A stretch of 63,969 bases of DNA, the filler included, from Phoronis australis (Eukaryota; Animalia; Phoronida): NCBI GenBank assembly GCA_002633005.1. It is 7 parts of 7 records of this genome, joined end to end, with 100 filler letters (N's around TTAATTAATTAA, not from the genome) between each part and the next. Parts side by side here need not be neighbours in the genome. Positions count along the whole stretch, not along the records: positions 1 to 15,914 come from NMRA01000808.1; 6 more parts are not named here. One strand, 5' to 3'. This document shows, one piece after another, positions 1-13,018 of this stretch (position 1 is the first letter of the stretch; each line of letters begins with the position of its first letter). The position numbers and the translations under genes were made by a program. The notes beneath the pieces are model-generated. The model searched no databases, was not told the DNA's origin, and worked only from the letters and a program-made list of their open reading frames with translations.

Positions 1-358
1 CACTATTTTCCTCTAAACACAATATCCCAGCATGTATTGCCACACACTATTTTCCTCTAAACACAATATCCCTGCATGTATTGCCACACACTATTTTCCT
101 CTAAACACAATATCCCAGCATGTATTGCCACACACTATTTTCCTCCAAACACATTTTCCCAGCATGTAGTGCCACACACTATCTCAGCATACATTGCCAC
201 CCACTCTACAGTATCTACCTTTAAACACAGTATCCCAGCATGAATTGCCTCACACTATTTTCCTCTAAACACACCATTTTCCTCTCAAGACACTATCCCA
301 GAATGCATTGCACACACTACACTATCTACCTTTAAACACAGTATCCCAGCATGTATTG
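1..358. repeat. 44-bp minisatellite (degenerating array, truncated by the window start)
   Basis: Unit CACTATTTTCCTCTAAACACAATATCCCAGCATGTATTGCCACA repeats with period 44 (starts at 1, 45, 89, 133), then degenerates. Confidence 0.9.
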
Positions 359-802
359 CGACAATTGTCCCTGTCAACAACTGGCTTTCCAGGAACCCAG
401 TACCTGTAACCAACAAAAGAATCGAACAGTTTTAAAAAATTTAATGGTCCTTTTACAATAGCTTAACCTGGAATTTACACACAATTCAGTGCTTCCAATC
501 TATATGGAATAAAAAAGAAGTAAAATAAATGCAAACAAACGCAGACCTTGAAATGTCTTGAAACAAATAGAGTACAATAAAAAAATTTCAGGATTTGGAA
601 AAATGCCATAGCCATTTTTTTAGACTTACTATTTAGTGACCGCTATAGTGTGCCTGATTGTCTTTTCTAATAGAACAGAAGTACTTACTTGTAGATAACA
701 CCCAAGTGAACATAAGGTACTAGAACCCAGAACAGCAAGCCTACAATAAGATATATGTGAAAAACAAATGGAGTTCAGGTTGATTTCTGGAAAACTCATC
801 GC

Positions 803-972
803 AAATGTCACTGATATGTACTGACTCTGTACATCACGTCATTGATATGTGCTCACTGTGTGCATCACAAATGCCACTGATATGTGCTGACTTTGTGCAT
901 CACAGATGTCATTGACAGGCACTCACTGTGTGAATCACAAATGTCATTGATGTATGTTGTGTGCATCACAAA
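803..972. repeat. Degenerate ~33-35-bp tandem repeat
   Basis: About 5 copies of ATGTCA(C/T)TGATATGTGCTGACTCTGTGCATCACA. Confidence 0.7.
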
Positions 973-1479
973 CAGTAAAGCCACATTGTTGCTCTTATCT
1001 GATTGTACATGATCTTTGAGTCGTCCGTATGTTACAAGTAACATTTCTTGTCCAAGTGACATGAAATTTACAGACAGCATGTAATTCATCAATAGTTATA
1101 TGAATATTGCTTTTGGTCAAAATCGGACACAATATATTACTGCAACGGCCATTTTTCAAATTTCTGGAGATGTAGCTCCGTGGTACTTTGAAGGATTCTT
1201 CTGAAATTTGGTAAGTGATCTTGTCCAGCTATCTGTGGGATCAGTTTCTTGCTCCAATTTGCCGTTTTCTAGTTATTCGAGATTTAGTTATGACTGCTTT
1301 TTTATTCTCGTGGCGCAACCCCTGTGAATTTCTTAGACTTGTTATATAAACAGTTCTCATTAAGAGCTACAAGAACTGTATTCTCTTTATCGCTCAGAAA
1401 TACCATTCTTGACTATTAGTCACTTGACATTTACTGACAACATGGTCTGAAACAGGCATGTTTCTCATGCAACTTCAGC

Positions 1480-1735
1480 ACATGACTTGTATTAAGGTTC
1501 AGAGTGCATGATTTGTATCACGGTTCAAAGTGCATGACCTTTATCAAGGTTCAGAGTGCATGACTTGTATGATTGTTCAGAGAGCACGACTTGTACCAAG
1601 GTTCCGAGTGCATGACTTGTTTCACAGTTCAGAGTGCATGACTTGTATAATGGTTCAGAGTGCTTGATTTGTATCAAGGTTCAGAGTGCATGACTTCTAT
1701 CAAGGTTCAGAGTGCATGACTTCTATCAAGGATCA
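1480..1735. repeat. 26-bp minisatellite
   Basis: About 9-10 copies of AAGGTTCAGAGTGCATGACTTGTATC. Confidence 0.9.
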
Positions 1736-2269
1736 ACAACAACATTCAAGTGCCGTTCTTCAGTGTGCTTTCATTTATATCATTTAAAACTTCTTCAAAA
1801 AACTAGAATAACCACTTCAGTGAATCCTCTGATTTCCAAGTGTGTCCTATCAGAAATATTAACAGATGTGTACAATTAGCAAGAGTATTAAAATACTATA
1901 TAAATTACTATATGCAATTACATCACTTAACAGTTAAAAATATAATACAAAAATAAGTTAAGAAAGAAGGCAAATATTCATGGAAATTACAACGTGTACA
2001 AAGTGTAGCCAGGAAGTTACAACAATGTACCAACTACCAGAGCCTCTTTTTGAAGATGAAGCATTGGTGAGTTTGTGGCACAAGTCCCAAAACAATTATT
2101 TCCACGGTAGTAGGACCAAATAGAAAATCAGTTGAACTGGATCTCCTGATTAGGAACTACAGACAAATTTCATGAAGAACAGTGGAAGAACTTCGTAAAT
2201 ATTACGACAGACAGGGCACACCAAGTACTCAGAACTGATCAAAAAAGTACATCAGTTGTAATTTCCTCA

Positions 2270-3330
2270 ATAGCAACACATATGCCGAATTTCCTAAAGA
2301 TCCATACAACACTTAGTATCTAGTGACACACATCCCAAGAAAATTAAAATTGCCACTAGGAGGTGCTACAGCAGAAAAGTCTGATTTCAAAATATAAGTA
2401 GGCCATGCTCACCTCAATAGCAACGCATCTGACAACATCTATCATAACCCAAGTTGAATTATGTAATTATCCATTAAGGCTCTGAAATAATTGGGCCAAT
2501 CGCGCTGAAACTCCATGTGGTCCTCGATAATAGCTCCATCATGGAATTGCTTCAACGTTCAGCATGATACTACAAATTGGTTTGTTCTCCCCGCCCCATG
2601 TGAAGGCATATATAGTTTATGAATATCACATCCAGGCTACACATCTGTAAGTCACAAAACGTGGGGTATTCGCAAGATGGGCTCGCCATAATGACACTCC
2701 AAATTTGAGGGTGTTCTTTCAAATTTCAGATATCTTGCTCGGGGTTAAGGTGATACTGCCGCGGATGCAAAAAAGAAAATTGCCACTTGAGGGCACCATA
2801 GTAGTTGAGCGAAAATCAAGGTTGGCCTTTAGTCAATTTTCATAATGATCCTTCAAGCAGACTGGCAAATAGAGGCAAATGCCAAAAACTCAACAATGAT
2901 AAAAATGTCCACCAGGTGGCACAAAAATGTTAAATCCATTTGAAAATGGGAAACCTCCACAACCTTTTTAAATAGACGCTATTTACCGAGTACCGTGAAA
3001 ATCTTTTATGGAACTCTGCATGAAGATAGCGAGGCAAACATAAAAAATAAAAGACACAATGGTTGTCAGATCGTTACGAAACTTGCTAATAGGAACATAT
3101 CTTCAAAATCTCATAATAATCCTGCAAGGTGTTTTGGAGACTGATACAACAACGGACACTGAGAGTTTACAGCACTATGAACCCATATATGTATAAGTGG
3201 ATGCACAGAAATTGCTACTAGGGGTCACAGCAGTAGACCCATCCACCCAAGTCATAGTCATCCATAGCCAGTTCCAAAGGAACACATCTGCCAACATTTT
3301 TGAACACCCTGCAAAGGGTTTAGATAGAGC
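2270..3330 (-). mobile_element. Degenerate interspersed repeat related to 37852-38990 (reverse orientation)
   Basis: Recurrent CCACTAGG(A/G)GG(T/C)GC and (T/C)GCCAAATTT motifs are reverse complements of GCGCCNCCTAGTGG and AAATTTGGCA, which repeat in 37852-38990. Confidence 0.55.
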
Positions 3331-4194
3331 ATCAAACACCGGATGCCAGACAGAGAAAACACCAATATACACCCATGATATGCATATCTGGGTGCATTAC
3401 AATAAACAATAACAATAATAATATTAATAGTCTTTGTGTATATGGAATAACAGCAAAAGGCTTCTTTAGGTGTCTCCAAAATGGTATAATTCCCAAAGAA
3501 GCATTTAATGGATAAATGGTTCTAGTAGCTCAATGAGTTGAATTCTACAAGTTAAAGTAGCAATGAACTCACCTTCCATCACAAAAACGAACTTTTGATA
3601 TAGCCCACTATTACACGGATATCAAACTGTTTCTTTGTCACACTGAAGGGGATTTCAAGACTTGGAACAAGCAGTTCATTATTTCTTCAGATGAAGCCCA
3701 TAACAATGTTTGCGCTTCATCTGAAGAAACTGCTGCACTTCCCAAGCTCAAAGGACACTTGTGAATTCAGTAAGGAACATGAAGAGGCTAACACTTTTGA
3801 CTGAGCACCAATTTTAGCCTGGCTTATTCTTTTCTCACAGTTTCATCAACGCAATTAGACAAATTTCAGGACAAACATTAATTTGATGTATGCATGTGCA
3901 ACACATCAATAACACGAGACTCAAAAGAACACATGAATTGAGTGACTTTAGAACATGCAATCAACAAATAGCGACCTCTGCTCTTTAACTTACCAAATAA
4001 AAATGTACACAAAATTACTTTGCTTTCTTCAAGAATTGAAGACATGGCATGGCTCATTTGTGCACATGTATCCTGTTGATAAATATAGTCATACAGTTAT
4101 CCCATATCAAAAGGCACATATATGATGCACCCATTAGACTGATAGACATGCATTAAAAATAGTCTACGACAGTAAGTTAAATATAACAAGCTTT

Positions 4195-4236
4195 GTCTCT
4201 TCAGAGGCGTGGGTTCGTATCCTACCGTGGCCACCA
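4195..4236 (+). pseudogene. Retroposed 3' fragment of tRNA-Leu with CCA end, flanked by a 31-bp direct repeat
   Basis: GTCTCTTCAGAGGCGTGGGTTCGTATCCTACCGTGGCCA-CCA matches the variable arm, T-arm and acceptor 3' strand of eukaryotic tRNA-Leu (GTCTCTTCGGAGGCGTGGGTTCGAATCCCACCGCTGCCA) plus CCA. The repeat ACGACAGTAAGTTAAATATAACAAGCTTTGT lies at 4166-4196 and 4236-4266. Confidence 0.85.
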
Positions 4237-5228
4237 CGACAGTAAGTTAAATATAACAAGCTTTGTGAGTGTTTATTGACAAACAATTAAGTCCAATCGA
4301 CAGAAACTGGACGCTGAGGAGGTTTCCAGGGAAAAAACCTAAATGAACAGAATGGCAGTGGTAGACTCTGAATGTAAGGTCTCGCCGTCCATAGACAGCA
4401 ACTCAAGGGCTCATCACTTGAAAGAACCCAAAAGTATCCAAGTTCAAAGTAAGAGTACATATTGTGGTAAAGTATAGTGGTCACTAATCAATCATTGCCA
4501 TGGTGTTTAATGATCTGCATGGTGTGCATTATACTCTCAGAGCGGAGGAAGCACACCAGCGGGAAGTTTCCACTTTTGAAAATAGAGATGGATTTGAAAC
4601 AGAAATGTACACACACTACTGAAATCAACTTTATAAAATTAGTACTGTGAACTTGTCAGAAAATTACACCGAGAGACGTGTTTCAGAGACATTAAGTATA
4701 GTGGGAAGTTGATTGAGGGTACACATTTTGGTCAGCTAAGCGAGTTCTCTTTTAACATATGTAAAATTTAACACTAATCAAGTACCTGATTTAAATAACC
4801 AGTTTCCTACACTGAACAGCGGGCTCGTTATTCAGTGATTGTGTGGAAATCAGGGACCTCAATATGCGACTAGTGCCTAAAACTTAAGCTTCTCTGAAAT
4901 TTCTCTGTTGCATGGCACCATACAGAAAGTAACTCATGAATATATTTTCATATTACATTAACCTTTCCAGAAAATCAATAAAATTTACATGAAATTGTTA
5001 TCTATATGCAGTGAAAAGGTGTCGAAAATGGATGTTCAGTCATTTATTAGGTATACAGTACACGACCTACAGGTATCCTACAGTCTTGGCGGGGGCTAAT
5101 AATTCATCTGACTAGGAGTCCACAATTGTAAAGTTAAGCTAAAAAACAACAGGCTTGAATAAACAATCATTGCAGCGGTATTGTTAGAAAGTAGAAGACA
5201 GGATGAGAGCCCAGAATCATGTGACATA

Positions 5229-7928
5229 CCGTAAACGTTCGGGTTAACGCCCTGGGCGGTTAAATTGGCAAACCCAAAAAATCGGGGGTGGGCGGTTAAC
5301 CAGACATGGGCGCTTAAACATGAAATTTCAAAAAATCCAGGGTGGGGGGTTAACTGAACATGGGCGCTTATTAACAACAGACAACCGCCCTGGGCGGTTA
5401 ATCTTACCTCATGATCAGAGTACCACACGACACACGTACTCCGAAAGCGCAGAACTTTTCAAAGAGCTTTATCGTCAAGTCGTCAAATGTCGCTAAAAGT
5501 GTCATAACAGCGGACGATCCCAAGAAATGTTCTGTTGCCCACAAATTAGTCAATCACAATTAAATTTTCAAAATTGGTGAGTAATAGCCCTGTGCCGTCC
5601 TGCGATCTTAGATCTTATTAGAGCTGTAGTGCGCAGACGACCAGTAACAATAACTTGGATTGCAACTATTCTCACGCGATGACACTTTAGAAGTGCACGC
5701 GTGCGAGCTTCACGTGTTGCAGAGGTCATAGCAGTCATCAAATTTATGGTGGTAGCTGTCAAGTTCTGAGTCAAAGACCAGTTTTAAAATTAATGATGTA
5801 ATAAAAGTTTGAAAAACAAATTCAGGTGTTTTTTTGTGTTTGGGATGTTTATGTTGGAGATTAGACTCCGTGACTCATTTTCAACGTATGGTTCTGCGGT
5901 TAGCTGTTTTATCTCAACCGCCCGGCGTTGCCCACTTCCAATTGCGTGAAACATGCCACGCAAAGAAGATGAGAATCGGGACATGAGCCAGTCGTCAATC
6001 AAAAGTTACCGCAAAGGCATAACTCAAAAACAAGCATTTGCTTAAGATTTTATTTTAAAATTACTAACACTATGACTGGGGATGAGTCTAGTGAGCGCGT
6101 ATAGTAGAGTCCGAGGAAAACATTACCAGTTCGTACACGGATCTGCGTCGGTAAAAAACAATTCGCAGATGTAGCCCCAATTCTTCGGGTAACTGGCATC
6201 CGTGGTTTGCGCGGCTATACAACTAAATTAGTGAAGAGCTGCGCTCAGCATAACAAACTGCAGGTCACATTGGTGACCTGAAATTTGGAAATATGAGCCG
6301 AGATTATAGACGTCTTGTAACTGCCACCGGGAAATTCCAACCTATGCGAGCCGTTTTTTTGGAGGGGTAAAATAGATAGGCCTACCTGGCAAACATAAAG
6401 CAACTCGAAAAACATTTATTTTACACGCAATATGTACAGCTTATCCTATTATAATATCACCTACGGCAATATCGCACTGTGGCACTGGTCGGTCCCGCTG
6501 TTTGCGTGCAATATGCCATCACTAAACTTGGAAATGCCGTAAAGTAATTTAACAGCCTCTTTCAATGTGGGTCTTGTTTTATGTGACAATAGACAGAGGC
6601 TGGATTCAGCACACGCGTACGTATGAGTCACCTGTCATTCCCATGTTGTTGTCAAGGTAACATGCACTCCAGAGTGTGGGAACTTACACATGTGCACCAC
6701 TTCAGAGATCGCACATCAAAAGAGAACAGCGACATCCCTACGTAAAGGAGTACATTGGCGCGATTCTGTACTTTTAAGCTGTTGTTACAGAAAACCCAGT
6801 GTTTTACAATATTCCTCTGTTTCAATGACCAAAACTACGATGTGAAGTCTGTTCCAACATTTTCCGGCTCGATGACCTCTGGACCCGATGTTCCATGCCC
6901 ATAGCTAGCTGCGTGCACGTCATTATCACTGAAGCCAATTTTCAATCAGTTATGTCGTAGATGTCTCAGACTCGAACGGTCAGAATTTTGTTCAGGCTGA
7001 AACTGCCCAATGTAGAAACAAAAATATTCGGGAAGCTAAAAGGCTAGGTGGATACGATAATTCACAGTTACGCCTGCCGCAAGAAATCTACTACAAAGAA
7101 CCGCCAGCGACTTTGTCGGAATCTGCTAACGCCAACTTGTTTGAGATGAAATAAGCGAAAAACAAAATTTGACTTGCCAATTTTTATTTCTTGAAGATGA
7201 TACACTAACATCCAGTAACGTATTGCCAATTGAATTCAGAAATCGAGAGACAGCAAATCGGTCAGCGAGGTACACTGTCCGTTCGTTCAGTACACATCCT
7301 CGATAACCTGGCAATTACACTCATCAAAATAGGGAGAATTTGACATCTTTCCGTGAGTTATGGAAATTCTTCAAAATACGAGAGCTTCCTACCAAAAGCG
7401 AATTGGAAGGTTGGCAAAACCGCTGCCACATTTCTCTGGCCCGATTTTTTTCGAATATATGTTTTATCTAGTGCACTGCAGATTGAAACTCGGCGCAGCA
7501 GACCGCGTCGCTAAAAGCCGAGGCATTGAAGCCGGCTGGGTTCTTAAACTTTGCGAACATGGGAAGAAAATAAAGTGACAAAACGTTCAAGTATTATATT
7601 TTGAAGTAAATCCATGACCCGAGACAAGAATTCGTTACTTGTATTATAATTCATGCCAAACCGCCGGCTCGGAGGCCGTGGTTGCACTCTAGTTGTGATC
7701 ACTGATCAAAAAGTCAGGGAATCGCCCGTTTGCGTAGCACTGGGCACTAAATCTTCAATCTTTAAAAGTCGGGGATGGGCGCTTAACCGAGAGGTGGGCG
7801 CTCAACTGGAAATCTTCAAAAATTGCAGATGGGCAGTTAACCGAGCAGTGGGTGGTTAAATCGAAAATCCGCCTAAAGTAGGGGGTGGGCGGATAACTGA
7901 GCATGAGCGTTAACCCGAACGTTTACGG
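5229..7928. mobile_element. Non-autonomous Tc1/mariner-pogo-like DNA transposon (2.7 kb)
   Basis: 22-bp TIR CCGTAAACGTTCGGGTTAACGC ... GCGTTAACCCGAACGTTTACGG. Left flank is TA, right flank TG. Subterminal GGGCG(G/C)TTAA repeats occur at both ends. A second copy of the right end at 62852-63239 ends in CGG|TA. Confidence 0.85.
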
Positions 7929-9097
7929 TGAGTAAGCCAATCAAGTATCAACAGCATGCAGGTAGTGAGGCCCACGGAGACTGTACTATAGGAGTTACAC
8001 ACACAACACTAAGCGAAAACTAAGTTGACAGCACTGCTCACCTTCTAGCACCATACAACAGCTAGACATTACATGGTCATGCTGATAAACTACCAGTCAG
8101 CAGTAGACTTACCAGTGCTCAAAAGTAGTCCTTGACAGCACTAGAAACTAAAACAGAGGAGAACATCAAATCAATTTATTGAATTTCATCTGAATGAAAA
8201 TTAAAGTCATCCACAAACTTTTTAAGTACTAAGATTAGATCCCGGCCCTGATCTAAAGAAAAGGAAACTTGTAAACAGACTTGTAATTGAAGTTGTTCTA
8301 CTTCCAGGCATTTGTAGTCTCAATGAATTGTTAATACTTGCATCTAAAATCACTTGGGCCAAAACACCAAGTGTTTCACCACTACCTCCACAGATCTCTC
8401 CCAGAAACAAGAAAGGTCGTCAGACTTGTATATTTGTGCTGTTTGCGTCTTGAGACTTGAAAGAAATTCAACTGTAGGCAGAAGGCCGTTAAATATTGTT
8501 TATTCAATGAAAATCAGAGGGTGGCTGATTGCGGCTCACTGTCAGTCATGGGTACACTTAAGACCAACTATTAGAACGAACCATACCTAATCAAAAGAAA
8601 AAGCATGAATATTTGAGAAGAAACTTTTGAGCATACTGATTTTTCTTGTCCAACCTTGATGTTTTATAACAGTAAGTGTCGGTACCAGAGGAGGATATGA
8701 GGAACAGATAGTGCAGCTGTTTGTAGCACAGGCACTCTTAGCAGCTGCTTCCAGAACAGCTCAACTCATGCCTATCTGAAGGTAACATACTCACACACCT
8801 TACCTGCAACTGCCACAAGTTCACCAGTTACAATTGTTGATATACAGCCATGTAACAATGGCTGTACTACGAACAAGGTGAGTGTCACTTCACTCCCAGA
8901 TTTTGGATGCATCCCCACCGATTGTTAGCTCCACATCATGTTCATAAGTAGTACATAATATTATATACAGCTATATTAATAGCTGTATTTTGATGAGTCT
9001 TCATACAGCTAGCTGGATGGCTACTGAAAGGCACAGGCAGACGAATTTGTTGATATGAATCATAACCATAAAAGAAACATGTATTATTAGTAGTGAG

Positions 9098-11037
9098 TGT
9101 AACATTGCTGGTGTACAACCTATAAGTAATCAGCATTAAAGCAAACAACATCCAAGTGACTAAAACACATGCAACAAAACTATTTATACATGCTATAAGG
9201 ATATACGTCTTAGTAATAGGTGATTAAGAGCCATACTGTTACGTGCTACCGGACATGTTAGAAACTCAATACATGACATCTTGATCTTCTTTCCTTAGAC
9301 GAAATGTTCAGTCATCAAGGATAAAACTATTAATGACAACATTTAGCCATCAAACATCAAACCAGCACTAGTGTCCTCAATCATTATACAAGACTTCCTC
9401 TACAGAGAGTGTATAAAAACGTTTGTCACAAACAATTAACCAAGAAATCACCTTGCACCAAATAAAATCACAAACAAAAATTCAATTCAAAGGATAAAGC
9501 CTTAAAAATGTGGAGGCGTTCGTAGGACTCGTTTTGGTCACGCTTCCGACAATACGTCATCGCGGTTGGATCAGCTGGTACGTCCGGTGACTGAGTTGGG
9601 ACTTGCGTAATTTTATTGTCCGCATCGCTGGCCATCCTATCATTTGGAACGACAAATTTCTTCACCACGGTCGTGTTCCGTGAATTGCCGACTCCTTCCG
9701 GCGATTTGATAACAACATGATTTCCCGATTTGTCAACAACTTCATGTGGAGTCGGGTTGAAATTCGTTGTGTATTTGTCTGTTTTGTCTTGTCATACAAG
9801 CACCTTGTCACCCACAGAAACTTAAGATGGTTTCACATCCCTTGCGGCATCTGTGTAATCTTTGTATTTGGCTTTTGCTTCTAAGTAGCGGTCTCGCAAG
9901 TCAATGTTGTAATGTCAATCTTCTATTTTCCTGCCAAACACGAGTTCAACGGGGCTTTGCCAAGCTGTGGCATGTTCTAGCAAACGATATGCCATCAAAT
10001 ATTTAAATATTTCACGTTTCCAGTCAAGACCCTTGCTTCCACAATTTTAATACATTTCAACAATGACGCATTTTGACGTTCCACCTCCCCATTGGCTTGG
10101 GCCCATCAAGGAGTGACGTTTTGGTGTCGAAATCCATTTTCTACACAAAATTGGCGGAACTGTTTGGGTTGTAACTGCAGGCTGTTGTCTGACTTGATTG
10201 ATAACGTTAAACCAAATTGACAGAACCGTCTCCCACAATGCATCAATGATGTTATTTGCAAGCGTGGATTTTAAAATTTCGATCACATAAAATTGACTGT
10301 AGTAATCCACTACAACTAATACCGAATGTCCAGAGGGAAACGGTCTCATCAGATCGACAGCAAGATCTTGCCAAGATCCGTCCAGTAACTCAGTGGAACG
10401 AATCGGTTCAGAAACATTGGGTCGTGCCACAAGTTGACAACCAAAACATGATTTGCAGTGCTTTTCAACATCTTTATCCATGCCGGGGAAACGTTTCATC
10501 CCAACAATTCCCAAATGAGCTTCAAGTGCAAGCTATAATACTGTGAGGTGTACTTTACGTGAGATCACAATTCGGGTACCCTCAAAATTACCTTTCAGCA
10601 ACAGCTTGGAAATTCGGACAATTTTCGAACCTTCCACTTTCGACGACTTTCCTGACCTCAGACAATTCAGGGTCATCCAAGGATTGGATTTCAATCTCAC
10701 GCATTGACAGAGCATTTGACTTGGCATTGACTGCAATAAAGTGGACATACCGTAGTCCTCAGCTTCATTTATTTGTTTATTTTGAATGTCTGCAGGGTTC
10801 ACCAGGCGCGATAATGAATCAACAATGTTTTGACTGCCAGCAATGTGCTGCATCCAAAATTTTTCCCTGTATCCCACACAGCATTAAAGCAAACACATCC
10901 AAGTAACTAAAACACATGCAACAAAACTATTAATACATACTACAAGGATATATGTCATAGTAACATGTGATTAACAGTCATACATTTCACGTGCTACCAG
11001 AACTAATAAACACCTACAAGAAACTCAATGCATGACA
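9098..11037 (-). mobile_element. Internally deleted Ty3/Gypsy LTR retrotransposon with 5-bp TSD
   Basis: On the minus strand it starts TGTCATG (11037) and ends TGTTACA (9098). TSD GTGAG lies at 9093-9097 and 11038-11042. 3' LTR is 9098-9278 and a truncated 5' LTR is ~10880-11037. Purine tract AAGGAAAGAAGATCAAGA immediately precedes the 3' LTR. Confidence 0.85.
9900..10870 (-). pseudogene. Frameshifted Gypsy pol remnant (RNase H end, integrase zinc finger and core)
   Basis: Translated motifs HIAGSQNIVDSLSR, HLGIVGMK...PGMDKDVEKHCKSCFGCQ and WQDLAVDLMRPFPSGHSVLVVVDYYS, with several frameshifts. Confidence 0.85.
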
Positions 11038-12929
11038 GTGAGCGACATCACTTGTCAATGGTGATCAAGGAACAGATAAACACAAGACAAGAGAAGTCGA
11101 CTAAGAAGAGTCGAGTCAAGTGCTTGCATAGTTCAGCCAGTTAGCTGTATGAAGACTGTCGTCAAAATACAGCTAGGTACCAATGTGTGTTTTTCTTCCA
11201 TAGACCCCAAAATTGCACACAGCCAGAGTAGTTCTGCTCGTCACCTCGCCGTGAAACTTGTTTCAACATGTGAAGCTAAAGATCGGACAAGGTGCATGCA
11301 AAATCTGGGAGTCAACCGACACTCACCTTGCCTGTTACAACAGTTTTAAAAGTGAAAAACAATGCAACAAACGTCATTTTCTTGCGTCATTCTAGACCTT
11401 TTGTAACAAGTGTTGTTGTTTTGAAAACAGTATGCTCGTGTCACACGCACGCGCCATTTCCTAAATTTTTGCGACAACTTCGCAGCAGCAAAATTTGTTC
11501 TGAAATTTGGTTTTTCGGTATCAAAATTCTAAACATCTGCAGTAACTAAATGAAACCAGTTCCGATGATTTGATGTGACATCAACGCAACCTCGTGGAAG
11601 AAGTACAGTTAATTGAAGAATCGGCGAAAAAAGAAACTGGCTAATAGATGACACAATATTTCATGGCGCCGAAAGCCATTGCCAAAGAACGCTCCACAAC
11701 TAGCAGCAGAATAACGTCAATAACGGTAGAAAGCCATTTTTTCCGACACTGTTAAATGTATAATTTAGTTTACTCAAAGAAGACTGTAGTCTTTAATGAC
11801 ATTTATTTTGTGTCAGAATTTATCTTACCACTTTTTTTACCCACATCGGCGCAAAACTGTATATTTAGTATACAGCTTTGCGCCAAGGCTAGTGAACTGA
11901 ATAGTGCCAACACGTGAACTGAAAGGTGCCTGTGCTGTGATTTGTAGGCTGTAAACCCAGCATATTGAATTAGTGAAACCAGAAAATCACCACAATCTAA
12001 GCAACTCGCCTTACTAAAGGTTTTAAATCGTTTCTATTGACCAAAAGTTATAACATTGTACATGACTTGCCACTTGCTCTTAGCAGACCAGTTTACTCTA
12101 CTACGGAGGGCATACGTGTCCTGACATAATAGCCACACGGGCTGTGCCAACGCAATCTCACTATCAGTGTCGTGTTGCCACGTTTAATTCTTAACGTTAA
12201 ATAACTAATTAAGTGCGTTTATTAAGCAGATAAGTGCTCTTAATGACCACTTCCTCGCTTTGAATACGCTTTCACATGAAAACAGTTTCAACGACGCTGC
12301 ACAGGCTTGCAATGTGTGCTTCGTCTGCTTTCTGTGACTCCTTTTTTCCTCCAAAGATGGCGCTACAAAGATATAGCCTTGAATCTCATAGCGTTGGCAA
12401 CCACGACGACCACGGTCTTTTAAGTCATGATTATGAGAAAACTGGTATTGAAAGAAAAAAAAATCTTTTTCAAATTTGAAAAAAGAGATTCGTTTAGTTA
12501 TATCCAAAATTTGCATGGCTGGTTGCTAAACTTCTATAATGTAACAGTTGTTAGCCTCAAACTCATTGGAAGTTCTGTACTTTCTTGTTTCCCTGTGAAA
12601 CAGTGGGTTCCTTTTTCACGCAAATTTTGAGACAAACATCTCCATTCATTGATTTTAGTCAAGAAATTTTGAGCAATGAAAATGGTCTTGTACTCTGATT
12701 CCTTTGCCTGGCGTCCATGGCCAAGCGTTGATCTGTAGGAGCAGAAACAGAGGAGAAAAGAGATACATAGTTAAGGTTAAGAGTCAGTCGAGCAGTTGGC
12801 CCTGTCAACAATAGTTTACCAGATAACAAAGTTTACCTGTTGACTACGTACCTGGGAGTATTGGTCCTAGCTACGTACTCAGTCTAAAACTCAGTAAAAG
12901 GTTGTATATTACTGAACAAAGTTATCGAT

Positions 12930-13018
12930 ATGTTGGGGTCCGTACAGATGTGTGGTGTGCTCTTGTCATCAGTTGAAACAAACGATATCTGTGAATCTCT
13001 TCAGGCACATAATGTTAG
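12930..13018 (+). CDS. LRRC73: LRRC73 (C6orf154)-like leucine-rich repeat protein, coding exon 1
   Basis: ATG-MLGSVQMCGVLLSSVETNDICESLQAHNV(R), donor AG|GTGAGT (phase 2). Resembles the recalled human LRRC73 N-terminus MLPSSIQISGEPLSGAEVRDICRGLRDNAVR. Confidence 0.85.

Noticed and set aside
1-358. Common origin of the two 44-bp minisatellites (1-358 and 50957-51840)
   Set aside because: Similarity beyond unit length is too weak to support.
4195-4236. Functional tRNA gene
   Set aside because: No 5' half, D-arm or anticodon arm, and the T-loop is mutated.
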